Below, piece after piece: positions 47,287 to 57,808 of a stretch of DNA of 64,000 nucleotides. The translations under genes were made by a program, and so were the position numbers. Below the pieces are notes generated by a model. The model was not told the origin of the DNA. It ran no database searches and worked only from the letters and a program-made list of their open reading frames with translations. The number at the start of each line of letters is the position of its first letter. The first letter of the stretch is position 1. This DNA comes from Tannerellaceae bacterium (GTDB taxonomy: Bacteria > Bacteroidota > Bacteroidia > Bacteroidales > CAMTPD01): assembly GCA_051656605.1 (NCBI GenBank), contig JBOGCF010000015.1, forward strand, positions 19,527-83,526, given 5' to 3'.

Positions 47287-47742
47287 ATGGTAAAAGAAAA
47301 CATGGATAATAAAGAAGAAGTGTGTGTTTCCATACTGAATCCGCTGTGCGAGAATGAGAAGTTGGAGTTGCCTTTTTGTGAGTCGATCAAGGCGGGCTTT
47401 CCGAGTCCGGCGGCCGACTATGTTACGCAAGGCATTGATCTCAACGAAGTCCTTATCAAGAATAAGGCGGCTACCTTTTTGGCACGAGCAAGCGGGCACT
47501 CGATGTGCGATGCCGGTATCGACGATGGCGACTTGCTTGTGATCGATAAATCACTAACACCCCGAAACGGTTCTGTTGCTGTGTGTTGTCTTGATGGAGA
47601 GTTTACCCTAAAGCGTATCGAGATAAAGGCGAAAGAGGTGTGGCTGATGCCTGCCAACGATTCCTTTAAGCCGATTCGTGTAACTGCCGAAAATGATTTC
47701 GTGGTGTGGGGAATTCTTACCTATGTTATCAAGAAATTTTGA
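47287..47742 (+). CDS. umuD: S24 peptidase, UmuD-like autoproteolytic subunit
   Basis: Cleavage-site region SIKAGFPSPAADY, Ser nucleophile in ASGHSM, Lys in FTLKR. No DNA-binding N-domain. Confidence 0.8.
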   Translation: MVKENMDNKEEVCVSILNPLCENEKLELPFCESIKAGFPSPAADYVTQGIDLNEVLIKNKAATFLARASGHSMCDAGIDDGDLLVIDKSLTPRNGSVAVCCLDGEFTLKRIEIKAKEVWLMPANDSFKPIRVTAENDFVVWGILTYVIKKF

Positions 47743-47779
47743 TAAATTCATAACTTTGTGAAACTAATTGCGTTCATAT

Positions 47780-48340
47780 ATGTATAAAGAGATATTTCAA
47801 ATAATCGTATTGATGGCGAGCCAGCCCGGACGTACATGGGCGCGTCTTGCCAAATGGGAGGATAAAAAAGACGATTACCTAAGCCGATTTGTGTATCCGC
47901 TTATCGGAATGATGTCGTTGGCTGCCTTTCTCGGAGTGCTGTTTACACGAAAAGAGTTTGATATTCAAATTGCATTGAAAGATTCGATTCGTGTGCTTAT
48001 CCAGTTTGCCGGAGGCTTTTACCTGGCTTCGGTACTGCTGCGCGAGGTGATGGAGCGTTACTTTCATATCGATCTTAGCTTTAAACAATGCCAACGCTTT
48101 GTGGCCTATGCGTCGTGTATTACGTATGCGCTGCAAATTGTGCTTACGCTGATTCCCGAGTTTTTCTTCCTTCAGATATTTGGGCTATACGCAATTTATA
48201 TCATTTACGAAGGGGCGGAAGTGTTTATGCAGATACAAGAGGCAACGCGCATGAAGTTTATGATCATAGCGTCGATTGTCATTTTGGGTGCTCCTGCTAT
48301 CGTAAAGGGAATTATATCATTTTTAATGCCTTCCTTGTAG
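47780..48340 (+). CDS. Yip1-family membrane protein
   Basis: ATG at 47780 (MYKEIFQ...). Five hydrophobic helices and a Yip1/DUF1282-like N-terminus. The ORF track start at 47768 is TTG. Confidence 0.7.
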   Translation: MYKEIFQIIVLMASQPGRTWARLAKWEDKKDDYLSRFVYPLIGMMSLAAFLGVLFTRKEFDIQIALKDSIRVLIQFAGGFYLASVLLREVMERYFHIDLSFKQCQRFVAYASCITYALQIVLTLIPEFFFLQIFGLYAIYIIYEGAEVFMQIQEATRMKFMIIASIVILGAPAIVKGIISFLMPSL

Positions 48341-48358
48341 GCACAAAACAACAATATT

Positions 48359-48820
48359 ATGAAAGATAATAAGCCGAATAATATACAGATAAAGAATAAG
48401 CGTGCTACGTTCGACTATGAACTGATCGATACCTTTACGGCCGGTATCGTGCTTACCGGTACCGAAATCAAATCGATTCGTCAAGGGAAAGCCAGTTTGG
48501 TAGATACGTTTTGCTTCATTGCAAAAGGCGAACTTTGGGTGAAGAACATGTACATCGCCGAGTACTTTTACGGCTCGTACAACAACCATGCGGCACGTCG
48601 CGATCGTAAGCTTTTGCTCAATCGCAAGGAGCTTAAGAGTATTGAGGCGGCAACCAAAACGACGGGATTTACCATCGTTCCGGTGCGTATGTTCTTGAAC
48701 GACCGCGGACTGGCTAAGGTGGTTGTGGCCATTGCGAAGGGTAAAAAATCGTACGATAAACGTAATTCATTGAAAGAGCGCGAAGACAAACGTGCGATGG
48801 ACAGAGCGTTTAAGAAATAA
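48359..48820 (+). CDS. smpB: SsrA-binding protein
   Basis: [29 protein letters not shown] and a basic C-terminal tail. Confidence 0.95.
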   Translation: MKDNKPNNIQIKNKRATFDYELIDTFTAGIVLTGTEIKSIRQGKASLVDTFCFIAKGELWVKNMYIAEYFYGSYNNHAARRDRKLLLNRKELKSIEAATKTTGFTIVPVRMFLNDRGLAKVVVAIAKGKKSYDKRNSLKEREDKRAMDRAFKK

Positions 48821-48821
48821 G

Positions 48822-49790
48822 ATGCAGTGGATTAAAAGAATATGGGGAAGTGTTCGCAAGGCACTTCCCAAAGCTTTAAAGACCTGCCTTTGGTTATTTA
48901 AAATCATATTACCAATCTCGTTGCTGGTGCGTTTGCTACAGTATTCGGGTTTGCTAGACCTTTTTTCCGGTTATCTGAATCCGGTGTTTTCGGGAATGGG
49001 GCTTCCCGGCGAAACAGCAATCATCTTTCTTACCAGTATTTTTACTCCGCTTTATGCCCCCATTGCATTGATTACATCCATGTCACTCTCGGTGCGTGAA
49101 GCTACCATATTGGCAATGATGTGCCTGATCTCTCACAATCTTTTTGTAGAATGCTCGATTCAAGCCAAAACCGGATCTTCTTGGATCGGAATGTTTATAC
49201 TCCGCATTGTGATGAGCTTCGTAGCTGCCTTTTCGCTCAATGCGGTAATGCCGCAATACGATGCGCTGATGGGGCAGTCGGGCGGTAGCGCCGTGGCATG
49301 CAACTCGCTTGGAGAGGTATTTTTACTTTGGGCCGAGAGTTCGCTTTCGGTGATTGTAACCATTTTGTGGGTAGTAACGGCATTGATGATTTTACACTAT
49401 GTGCTCGAGGAGTTTAAGTTGATGCGCAAGTTGTCGGGCTGCTTTAAACCGCTGATGCGGGTGTTTGGTCTTTCCGATAATAGTGCGATGCTTTGGCTCA
49501 TCGGTAATATGGTAGGGCTTGCCTACGGCGGGGCCATTATGATTGAACAAATCGATGAAAAACAAATAACGCTCGAAGAAAGCGATCTATTGAACTATCA
49601 CTTGGCAATGTCTCACTCTTTGCTAGAGGATTCTTTGATATTTTCGGCTTTGGGCATCCCTGTATTTTGGGTTGTTGCTCCGCGTATCGTGTTTGCGATG
49701 GCGGTGGTATGGACCAAGCGTTTTCTAACAAATGCCCGGGAGCAAATGCTTCAAGGTAGATTTAAAACCAGACAGAACTTAAATAGATGA
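48822..49790 (+). CDS. nucleoside-recognition (Gate) domain membrane protein
   Basis: ATG at 48822, 1 nt after the smpB stop. Polytopic, with FeoB-gate-like repeats. Its stop overlaps the metH ATG (ATGA). Confidence 0.7.
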   Translation: MQWIKRIWGSVRKALPKALKTCLWLFKIILPISLLVRLLQYSGLLDLFSGYLNPVFSGMGLPGETAIIFLTSIFTPLYAPIALITSMSLSVREATILAMMCLISHNLFVECSIQAKTGSSWIGMFILRIVMSFVAAFSLNAVMPQYDALMGQSGGSAVACNSLGEVFLLWAESSLSVIVTILWVVTALMILHYVLEEFKLMRKLSGCFKPLMRVFGLSDNSAMLWLIGNMVGLAYGGAIMIEQIDEKQITLEESDLLNYHLAMSHSLLEDSLIFSALGIPVFWVVAPRIVFAMAVVWTKRFLTNAREQMLQGRFKTRQNLNR

Positions 49791-52700
49791 GCAGAACTCA
49801 ATTAATTGACCTACTAAAGGAGAGAATCCTTATTCTCGATGGCGGAATGGGTACTATGATTCAGACTTTCGGTCTTACCGAGCAGGATTATAGAGGTGAA
49901 CGTTTTGCCGATTTTAAGCAAATGCTTAAAGGAAACAACGACCTGTTGTGTATAACACGTCCCGATGTGATTAAGTCTATTCACAGACAATATGTAGATG
50001 CGGGTGCGGATATCTTCGCAACTAATACATTCAATGCCAACTCTATTTCGATGGAAGACTATGGCATGCAGGCGTATGTGAAGGAAATGAATATTGCAGC
50101 TGCACGCATTGGTCGTGAAGTTGCTGATGAATATATGGCCGAACATCCGGAGAAGAAGATCTTCGTTGCCGGATCGGTGGGCCCAACAAATAAGACTGCC
50201 TCGATGAGCCCGGATGTAAACAACCCGGCTTACCGTGCCGTAACGTACGACGATTTGTATGTTTCGTACAAAGAACAAATCGATGCGCTGATCGAAGGGG
50301 GCGTGGATATCGTATTGGTAGAGACGATCTTCGATTCACTTAACGCAAAGGCGGGACTTCATGCGGCAGAAGATGCGATTAAAGAGTCGGGCAAAGACTT
50401 GCCGATCATGGTGTCGGTGACGCTTTCGTCGCAAGGTGGTCGCACGTTCTCGGGGCAAACGCTTACGGCGTTTCTTGCTTCTATTGCCCATGCAAACATT
50501 GTGAGCATCGGTCTCAACTGTTCGTTCGGTGCTTCGGATATGAAGCCTTACCTCGAAGAGTTGGCCAAAAATGCTCCTTACTATATTAGTGCTTATCCGA
50601 ATGCCGGTTTGCCAAACAGCTTCGGGCAGTATGATGAGACGCCGGAGAAAATGGCGCCGCAAGTGCAAGAATACATCGACGAGCAGCTGGTAAACATTAT
50701 CGGCGGTTGTTGCGGTACTACGCCGGGACACATTGCTCAGTATCCTCGCCTTATCAAGAATGCTAAGCCGCACGTGCCTCCTGTAGTGGATGATGTGCTT
50801 CGCTTGTCGGGTCTTGAAGTATTTGAAGTACGTCCCGAAAACAATTTCCTCAATGTAGGGGAGCGTTGTAACGTGGCGGGTAGCCGCAAGTTCTTGCGCT
50901 TGATCAAAGAGCAAAACTACGAAGAGGCTTTGTCTATTGCACGCAAGCAGGTAGAAGATGGTGCGCAAGTGCTTGATATCAATATGGATGAAGGGATGCT
51001 CGATACGAAGTACGAGATGTGTACCTTCTTGAATCTGATTGCGGCCGAACCGGATATTGCGCGCGTACCATTGATGATCGACTCGTCGAAGTTTGATGTG
51101 ATCGAGGCGGGACTAAAATGTGTGCAGGGTAAAAGTATCGTAAACTCGATTTCGTTGAAAGAAGGGGAGGAGCAATTCCTTGACCATGCTCGTATCATCA
51201 AGCAGCTTGGTGCCGCAACGGTGGTAATGGCTTTCGACGAAAAAGGACAAGCCGATACATTCGAACGTCGCATCGAGATCTGTTCGCGTGCGTATAAGTT
51301 GCTTACCGAAAAGGTGGGCTTCAATCCGAATGATATCATCTTCGACCCGAATATCTTGGCGATCGCTACGGGTATTGATGAACACTCGGGTTATGGTATC
51401 GACTTTATCCGTACCGTAGAGTGGATCAAACAAAACTTGCCGGGTGCTAAGGTGAGTGGCGGGGTTAGTAACCTTTCGTTCTCGTTCAGAGGAAATAATT
51501 ATATACGTGAAGCAATGCATGCCGTATTCCTTTACCACGCAATCAAGGTGGGAATGGATATGGGTATTGTGAATCCTTCGTCGTCGGTGATGTACGATGA
51601 TATCCCGGCCCAACTTCGCGACCTTGTAGAAGACGTTGTCTTGAATCGTCGCAAAGAGGCTACCGAAGAGTTGATCGCTGTTGCCGAGCAACAAAAGGGC
51701 GATGCTTCGGGTGCTGCGAAAGAGGAGAAAGTCGCCGAGTGGCGCTCGCTTCCGCTTGATGGTCGCTTGGAGTATGCGTTGGTAAAAGGTATTGCCGACT
51801 TCCTCGAGGAGGATATCAAGGAGGCTCTTTCGGTATATCCGCGTGCAATCGATGTGATTGATAAGCCGCTGATGGGTGGTATGAATAAGGTGGGCGAACT
51901 GTTTGGCGAAGGAAAGATGTTTCTTCCGCAGGTGGTGAAGACTGCTCGTACCATGAAAAAGGCGGTGGCAATATTGCAACCTACTATCGAGGCTGAGAAG
52001 GCCGGCGGTGGCAGTAAAGCAGGAAAGGTTGTCTTTGCTACGGTAAAAGGCGACGTGCACGACATCGGTAAAAATATTGTGTCTATTGTATTGGCTTGTA
52101 ACAATTACGAGGTGATCGACCTGGGTGTAATGGTTCCTGCCGAAGTGATTATAAAAACGGCTATCGAAGAGAAGCCGGACTTTGTTTGTTTGAGCGGACT
52201 TATCACGCCGTCGCTTGATGAAATGTGTCACGTGGCTGCGGAGATGGAGAAGGCCGGACTAACGATGCCGCTGATGGTGGGCGGGGCTACAACTTCCAAA
52301 CTGCATACTGCGGTGAAGATTGCTCCAAACTATTCGGCGCCGGTGATACATGTGCTCGATGCCTCACAAAACCCAATCGTTGCGGCGAAGTTGTTGAATC
52401 CGGAACTGAAGGATGCTTACGTGGCTGAGCTGCGTGAAGAGTATGCCCGCTTGCGCGAAACGGCTCCGCAACGTCGCAAAGAGTTGGTTTCTATTAAAGA
52501 TGCTATTGCTTCTCGCTTCCAGGCTGATTGGGGCGATTATCAAGCTCCCGAGCCTGCAAGAAAAGGGATTCAGGTTATCGACAAAATCCAAGTGAAGGAT
52601 GTAGTGCCTTATATCAACTGGGTGTACTTCTTCCATGCATGGAGACTTTCAGGTCGTTTCAGCGAAGTGGTAAACATTCACAGTTGTGAGTCGTGCCGTT

Positions 52701-53476
52701 CTAACTGGATCAACTCATTCCCCGAAGAGCAACGCGAAAAGGCGAAAGAGGCTTTGTCGTTGTACAAAGAGGCGGAGTTTTTGCTCAATATGCTGATGAA
52801 CGAAGACGTGAAGTGTATTCGTGCTACATACGGTATCTTCCCGGCCAATGCGGTAGGTGAGGATTTGCAGATTGGAAACGAGGTAATCCCGATGTTGCGC
52901 CAACAAGAGAAGCGTGCAGACGGGATCTACAAATCGTTGGTCGACTATGTGATGCCGGTTGAGGCGGAACGTACCGACTATGTTGCTGCCTTTGCCGTAA
53001 CCGGAGGCTTTAATATGCAAAAGGTGTTTGACCAGTTGAAGGCAGAGGGTGATGACTATACTTCGATGGTATTGCAAACGTTGTGTGATCGCCTTGCTGA
53101 GGCGGCTACCGAATATTTGCACCACCAAATTCGTACCAAGTTCTGGATGTATGCTCCGAACGAAGAGCTTACTATTCCGGAAATGTTTAAAGTGCGCTAC
53201 CGTGGTATTCGTCCGGCGATCGGATATCCTTCATTGCCTGATCAGTCGCTCAACTTCACGCTCGACAAACTACTGGGACTTGATTCGATTGGTATCTCAC
53301 TAACCGAAAACGGTGCCATGACTCCGAATGCATCGGTAAGCGGTATCATGATCGCTCATCCGGATGCTCAGTATTTCCAGATTGGAGCTGTGTCTGAAGA
53401 GCAAGCCGAAGACTACGCTAAACGCAGAGGCTGCGACCTTTCAGACATCCGTAAATACCTAAACGCAAACATGTAA
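49787..53476 (+). CDS. metH: cobalamin-dependent methionine synthase
   Basis: 1229 aa. Contains an Hcy-binding domain, a pterin-binding domain, the B12 motif [10 protein letters not shown] (DxHxxG) with LSGLITPSL, and a C-terminal AdoMet activation domain. Confidence 0.95.
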   Translation: MSRTQLIDLLKERILILDGGMGTMIQTFGLTEQDYRGERFADFKQMLKGNNDLLCITRPDVIKSIHRQYVDAGADIFATNTFNANSISMEDYGMQAYVKEMNIAAARIGREVADEYMAEHPEKKIFVAGSVGPTNKTASMSPDVNNPAYRAVTYDDLYVSYKEQIDALIEGGVDIVLVETIFDSLNAKAGLHAAEDAIKESGKDLPIMVSVTLSSQGGRTFSGQTLTAFLASIAHANIVSIGLNCSFGASDMKPYLEELAKNAPYYISAYPNAGLPNSFGQYDETPEKMAPQVQEYIDEQLVNIIGGCCGTTPGHIAQYPRLIKNAKPHVPPVVDDVLRLSGLEVFEVRPENNFLNVGERCNVAGSRKFLRLIKEQNYEEALSIARKQVEDGAQVLDINMDEGMLDTKYEMCTFLNLIAAEPDIARVPLMIDSSKFDVIEAGLKCVQGKSIVNSISLKEGEEQFLDHARIIKQLGAATVVMAFDEKGQADTFERRIEICSRAYKLLTEKVGFNPNDIIFDPNILAIATGIDEHSGYGIDFIRTVEWIKQNLPGAKVSGGVSNLSFSFRGNNYIREAMHAVFLYHAIKVGMDMGIVNPSSSVMYDDIPAQLRDLVEDVVLNRRKEATEELIAVAEQQKGDASGAAKEEKVAEWRSLPLDGRLEYALVKGIADFLEEDIKEALSVYPRAIDVIDKPLMGGMNKVGELFGEGKMFLPQVVKTARTMKKAVAILQPTIEAEKAGGGSKAGKVVFATVKGDVHDIGKNIVSIVLACNNYEVIDLGVMVPAEVIIKTAIEEKPDFVCLSGLITPSLDEMCHVAAEMEKAGLTMPLMVGGATTSKLHTAVKIAPNYSAPVIHVLDASQNPIVAAKLLNPELKDAYVAELREEYARLRETAPQRRKELVSIKDAIASRFQADWGDYQAPEPARKGIQVIDKIQVKDVVPYINWVYFFHAWRLSGRFSEVVNIHSCESCRSNWINSFPEEQREKAKEALSLYKEAEFLLNMLMNEDVKCIRATYGIFPANAVGEDLQIGNEVIPMLRQQEKRADGIYKSLVDYVMPVEAERTDYVAAFAVTGGFNMQKVFDQLKAEGDDYTSMVLQTLCDRLAEAATEYLHHQIRTKFWMYAPNEELTIPEMFKVRYRGIRPAIGYPSLPDQSLNFTLDKLLGLDSIGISLTENGAMTPNASVSGIMIAHPDAQYFQIGAVSEEQAEDYAKRRGCDLSDIRKYLNANM

Positions 53477-53530
53477 TCGAAATCGATTCATACGTGTTGC
53501 ACATATAATAAAGGCAATATACCTAAATAT

Positions 53531-53585
53531 AAGAAACCCCGGAAGTAGATAATACTTTCGGGGTTTCTTATATCTTATTTTTAAT
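53531..53585 (+). terminator. rho-independent terminator after metH
   Basis: AAGAAACCCCGGAAGTA ... TACTTTCGGGGTTTCTT long stem, followed by a T-rich tail. Confidence 0.85.
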
Positions 53586-53719
53586 CTAAATTGAATTATA
53601 CGCAATGTGTACGGGTTATTCAATTATATTTTCGTAGTATTGCGAAGGACTATTTACCTCAGGGAAAGGGTAATGTTTTGGAGACCCAAAAGAAAACCAC
53701 ATTAAATAATACCGGAAAC

Positions 53720-54901
53720 ATGCGAAAAGAAAATTTACTGTATCTGTTTTTGTCAACATTAATACTAAGTTGCACCTCTCACAATCAGTCGAAAGAAGAG
53801 TTGGCGTTTATCGATGCTTCAATCGATTATCCCGAAAAAGAAATCAATTTGACGGATATTGCAGATATAACTTATGTGTATTTAGACTCCAAGAATGATG
53901 ATTATCTTTACAAAGGACGTATCGATTACGTTACACAAAATAGAATCGTTGTTATAGATCGCTCTTCTCATAGCATCTTGTTCTTTTCAAAAGAGGGGAG
54001 TCCTGTGTCGCGCTTTAATCGTCGAGGACAAGGACCAGAAGAGTATGCGGATGCGGCTTCCGTGATGTATGATGAAACGAACGATGACGTGTTTGTTTCG
54101 CCCGACTTTAGCAATCAGATCATGGTTTATTCATCAGGCGGTGAGTTTAAACGGAAAATAACGTTACCGCAGATGAATGTCAATGGGCAAATGGCTTTGT
54201 TTGACGACCAGTCTATATTGGTGTATGACAATACGAAGTTGTGGCGGGCTATTATGCAGAAGAAATCGGCGGAGTTGGCTATCGATTCAACCTTCTTTCT
54301 TATCTCCAAAACAGATGGTGCTGTGCAGGAATATATTCCACTGCCAAATAAAAGCGTAGATTTGAGTCCCAAAGATCCGGAAGGAGTTTTTATCGGGCAA
54401 ATCAGTTATGGTCGTGTGCGAAAATGTCCGGAGGGACTCTTCTTGTACAACCCGGAGTCGGATACCGTTTTCCTTTATCGTAAGGACAAATCCTTAACTC
54501 CGTATTTGCATAAAACTCCATTGTTGGGTGAGTCGGGACCAACGACTGTTATGGATATTTGCATGGATGCAGGCAAGTTTCAGTTTCTGTCACTTTCTCC
54601 TTACTTACAAACCGAAAAGTTTCCAACGCCAATCTTTTGCATGCGCGACAAAGAAACGGGCGAAGTGTTTCGTCAGAAAATTACCATTCCCGATTATCAG
54701 GGAAAGGACTTCGTTGTGAACCCGCGTCTTTTAAACTATTATGAAAAAGGATGCCACTTCGAACTAGATTTTACTAAACTAGAAGAAGCCTATAACGAAA
54801 ACAAGTTGAGCGGGAAGTTGAAAGAACTCACGGCTTCACTTATTAATGCAGAAGGCGAAGATGCCAACAATGTTTTTGTGCTTGTTGACTTCCATAACTA
54901 A
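53720..54901 (+). CDS. 6-bladed beta-propeller-type lipoprotein, paralog 2
   Basis: ATG at 53720 gives MRKENLLYLFLSTLILSC (lipobox). NRRGQGPEEY motif and C-terminal NKLSGKLKELTASLINAEGEDANNVFVLV. Confidence 0.75.
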   Translation: MRKENLLYLFLSTLILSCTSHNQSKEELAFIDASIDYPEKEINLTDIADITYVYLDSKNDDYLYKGRIDYVTQNRIVVIDRSSHSILFFSKEGSPVSRFNRRGQGPEEYADAASVMYDETNDDVFVSPDFSNQIMVYSSGGEFKRKITLPQMNVNGQMALFDDQSILVYDNTKLWRAIMQKKSAELAIDSTFFLISKTDGAVQEYIPLPNKSVDLSPKDPEGVFIGQISYGRVRKCPEGLFLYNPESDTVFLYRKDKSLTPYLHKTPLLGESGPTTVMDICMDAGKFQFLSLSPYLQTEKFPTPIFCMRDKETGEVFRQKITIPDYQGKDFVVNPRLLNYYEKGCHFELDFTKLEEAYNENKLSGKLKELTASLINAEGEDANNVFVLVDFHN

Positions 54902-55006
54902 AATAATTCATGCGCGAAAGTCCTTGGGGATTGACTTGGTTGATATTCTGAATGGGTTAGAAGCCAATAATACAAAGTAAATTAACCTGATATAATAGTT
55001 CTTCTT

Positions 55007-56239
55007 ATGAGACTAGTACTAGCTTTTATGATATTGCCTTTCTTGTTTTGCTGCAATCAGCAAAACAAAGAGCTTCCGTTCGAACTACCAGTCATTGACC
55101 TGAATAAGGAGTATTCGGCTAAGCGAATAGATATTCATGAATTAGCGGATGTTGAATATATTCCTTTAGAAACCACAGAAAACTCTCTTATATCGCAAGG
55201 GGGAGTTCCTCGGACAATTGGAGATTCTAGTATAGTTATTTTTGACATTGTTCAGCGCTGCTTTTTCTTTTTTGACAGGAATGGTCATTTTCTTTTTTCT
55301 GTCAATCGTTTTGGGCAAGGAGCAGAAGAGTATTACATGGCAATGGCTTTTGCTGTCGACTTTGCGAATCAAGAACTGTTTGTATATGAGCACAGCCCAC
55401 AGCGGATTCAAGTATACTCTTTTTCTGGAGAGTTTAAGCGAAAATTAGAAGCCTTGAATACCTCTAAAGCTGAATTTAGAATGATATATGAGTACGACGA
55501 AAACTTTTTAATCGCATTCAATGATAGCTATTGGCCGAGTCCGAATGAGAAATACAGAAGAGAGGCTGATCTTACACCTTATTATTTAATTGACAAGCAA
55601 ACAGGAGAGATGCAGTCTGTTGATGAACGCCTCACATTAAAGCACCCGATTCATCGAGTTTTTAAAATGGGGAAAGGGAAAGCCGGGTATTACAACATGC
55701 CGGAAGGTATAAGTTTTCCACGTATGCTGAAGAATGGTTCGGAGTTTTTACTCTTCAATAATGCCTTAGATACGTTATTTAGTAGCATGGACAACAGGCT
55801 TATACCGATTGCCGTTCGCACGCCATCAGCATTGACCATGGCCCCTCCTGTTTTAATAGCACCATTGTTTTTTAATGATGACTACTTTATTTACAGGAAG
55901 ATTCCGATGGATTATGAGCTGGCAAAAGAAAAGGGCTTTGATGAACGCGGCTATCCTGCTTATATCTTGTATCGTAAGACAAACGAAATCTATCAATTGC
56001 AGTTATATGATTCTTTATTGGATCCGGAAACAAATATAGAGGGATACCCTATTTGGACAGCGTTTCCAAATAATGGATATTTTTCGATGTGCTCAGAAAA
56101 TATGGCAACAGCACATTACAGAGCAACCTTCTTATTGGAATATTTAGAAAAAGGGACTTTGCGAGGCAAGCTAAAAGATGTTGCTTCTCAACTAAAGGAA
56201 GATGATAATTATATTACAATTATATACAACTTCAAATAA
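55007..56239 (+). CDS. 6-bladed beta-propeller-type lipoprotein, paralog 3
   Basis: Signal peptide ending FLFCC. NRFGQGAEEY motif and C-terminal GKLKDVASQLKEDDNYITIIY. Confidence 0.75.
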   Translation: MRLVLAFMILPFLFCCNQQNKELPFELPVIDLNKEYSAKRIDIHELADVEYIPLETTENSLISQGGVPRTIGDSSIVIFDIVQRCFFFFDRNGHFLFSVNRFGQGAEEYYMAMAFAVDFANQELFVYEHSPQRIQVYSFSGEFKRKLEALNTSKAEFRMIYEYDENFLIAFNDSYWPSPNEKYRREADLTPYYLIDKQTGEMQSVDERLTLKHPIHRVFKMGKGKAGYYNMPEGISFPRMLKNGSEFLLFNNALDTLFSSMDNRLIPIAVRTPSALTMAPPVLIAPLFFNDDYFIYRKIPMDYELAKEKGFDERGYPAYILYRKTNEIYQLQLYDSLLDPETNIEGYPIWTAFPNNGYFSMCSENMATAHYRATFLLEYLEKGTLRGKLKDVASQLKEDDNYITIIYNFK

Positions 56240-56364
56240 TCTCCTCCTCCGTTAAATTGCAATAGGAAGTTGAGTAAGGGATTTAGATGTTTAATCGAAA
56301 GGTATGTTTTGGATAGATGAGTGTTTAATATTTATATCAAGTTTGACTTGTAAAAGTAATCAAT

Positions 56365-57657
56365 ATGAATAGTTCTAACAGTTTGCTGCATTTAAAGATG
56401 GCTTTGAGTGTTTTGATAATACTCCTAGTTTATTCTTGTTCACAGAAATCTTCAACTACTAAAGAGACCGATTCTTTGGAGGAAGAGGGGCGTGGAACAA
56501 GTAAGAAGGAATGGTTTGATCTTAAAGTTGAGGCGGGTATAGAAAAGGCTACTGAAGGAAAGTTGCTTTTTTCCGAGATCTACAAAGATATTGAATATGT
56601 TCCGCTTGAGACAACATCAAAGAGCCTTATAGGTGCAGGACGTCATGGGATACAGGTTTATACCGTTACTTCAAAAATCATAGTGGTAGATCAGAAAATA
56701 TTTGATCGAAAGACCGGCCGTTACTTGGGAGACTTATTAAGTCCCGGACAGGGGCCTAAAGAATATTTGCATCCGTCTGTTGTTTCCGGTAATGATGAGT
56801 GTGAAGAACTATATCTTTATGATGTGACTAAGGGTAAGTTGTTTATAGCCGGCTATGATGGAAAGTTCAAGGATGTGTTAGATATGAATGGCGAGCAATA
56901 TAATATGTCTAAGCAGATCGTTCCATTAAATGACAGTAATTTATTGATAACAAGAGGAGGCGGAGCATTGAGGAACTTTCGAGATAATCACCAAATTATA
57001 AACTTAAGTAGTAAGTCAATTATAAATAACTATCTATCACCCGAGTTGAAAGGGTATAATACAGACGAAGATTTGTACAAGCAGAAGTATGTGTTTAAAT
57101 GGGTAGGAGGGCCATTGGTTGTAGGATTTGATCGTTATTGGTCTTATGAAGGTAAGATTCGATTCTATGATTTTCTGACAGACTCAATTTATACGATAGA
57201 AAAAGATTTTAGTGTAATTCCCATAGGGAGTGTTGGTTTCGCAAATATGAGGACAACATCTGAAGAGTTTCCGGATGATTATATAACGAAATGGAGTATC
57301 TCAGGTTTTTCTGAAACTTCAAATTATTTCTTTGTTTCACTAAGCAGCTTAAAATACAAACCTACATATGCAAGCCAATTCTATTTGTTAGCTTATTCAA
57401 AATTAGATGGTAGTACTCGTATAATTTCTGATAATATTGAGAACGATATTGATAGAGGTATTTCGAGAATATCTTTATCTGCGATTTGGAATGAACGAGC
57501 ATTGTATAACTTTATTACTCCGGAAGCGATAAAAAATCGTGTAGATGAGGTGGGAGCAGAGTCCTTTACGTCAGAGGCTGAAAGGAAATTTAAAGCGATG
57601 GCAGATACATTAAAGGAAGATGATAACCATGTCGTTGCTATTTATCATCTGAAATAA
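56365..57657 (+). CDS. 6-bladed beta-propeller-type lipoprotein, paralog 4 (most divergent)
   Basis: Lipobox LVYSC. SPGQGPKEY motif and C-terminal FKAMADTLKEDDNHVVAIY. An alternative start is Met12 at 56398. Confidence 0.7.
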   Translation: MNSSNSLLHLKMALSVLIILLVYSCSQKSSTTKETDSLEEEGRGTSKKEWFDLKVEAGIEKATEGKLLFSEIYKDIEYVPLETTSKSLIGAGRHGIQVYTVTSKIIVVDQKIFDRKTGRYLGDLLSPGQGPKEYLHPSVVSGNDECEELYLYDVTKGKLFIAGYDGKFKDVLDMNGEQYNMSKQIVPLNDSNLLITRGGGALRNFRDNHQIINLSSKSIINNYLSPELKGYNTDEDLYKQKYVFKWVGGPLVVGFDRYWSYEGKIRFYDFLTDSIYTIEKDFSVIPIGSVGFANMRTTSEEFPDDYITKWSISGFSETSNYFFVSLSSLKYKPTYASQFYLLAYSKLDGSTRIISDNIENDIDRGISRISLSAIWNERALYNFITPEAIKNRVDEVGAESFTSEAERKFKAMADTLKEDDNHVVAIYHLK

Positions 57658-57681
57658 ATTCTATTTTAAGATAAACCAAAG

Positions 57682-57732
57682 TCTTCCTTTGCCATACATT
57701 AAACAATAGACGTATGGCAAAGGAAGATTTTT
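57682..57732. terminator. bidirectional terminator between convergent propeller paralog 4 and selD
   Basis: TCTTCCTTTGCCATAC ... GTATGGCAAAGGAAGA perfect 16-bp stem followed by TTTTT. Confidence 0.85.
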
Positions 57733-57808
57733 GGTCAAATCGTTGCAATAATTCGGAGGCTTAAGCAGCAGCTCCACTTTATATCGTTTGCGTAACGTTT
57801 TTGAAGCG

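Noticed and set aside
49700-49790. Expected a cobalamin or SAM riboswitch ahead of metH, and a leader ahead of metF.
   Set aside because: metH overlaps the upstream gene by 4 nt, and the metF/ilvE divergent gap is only 83 nt. There is no space for such an element and no conserved riboswitch core sequences.
49814-53128. A series of long minus-strand ORFs (154, 98, 210, 140, 372, 190, 90 and 137 aa) inside metH.
   Set aside because: They are antisense shadow ORFs of a well-supported 1229-aa MetH. Their translations are low-complexity and Arg/Ser/Leu-rich with no recognisable motifs, as expected from the codon bias of the sense frame.
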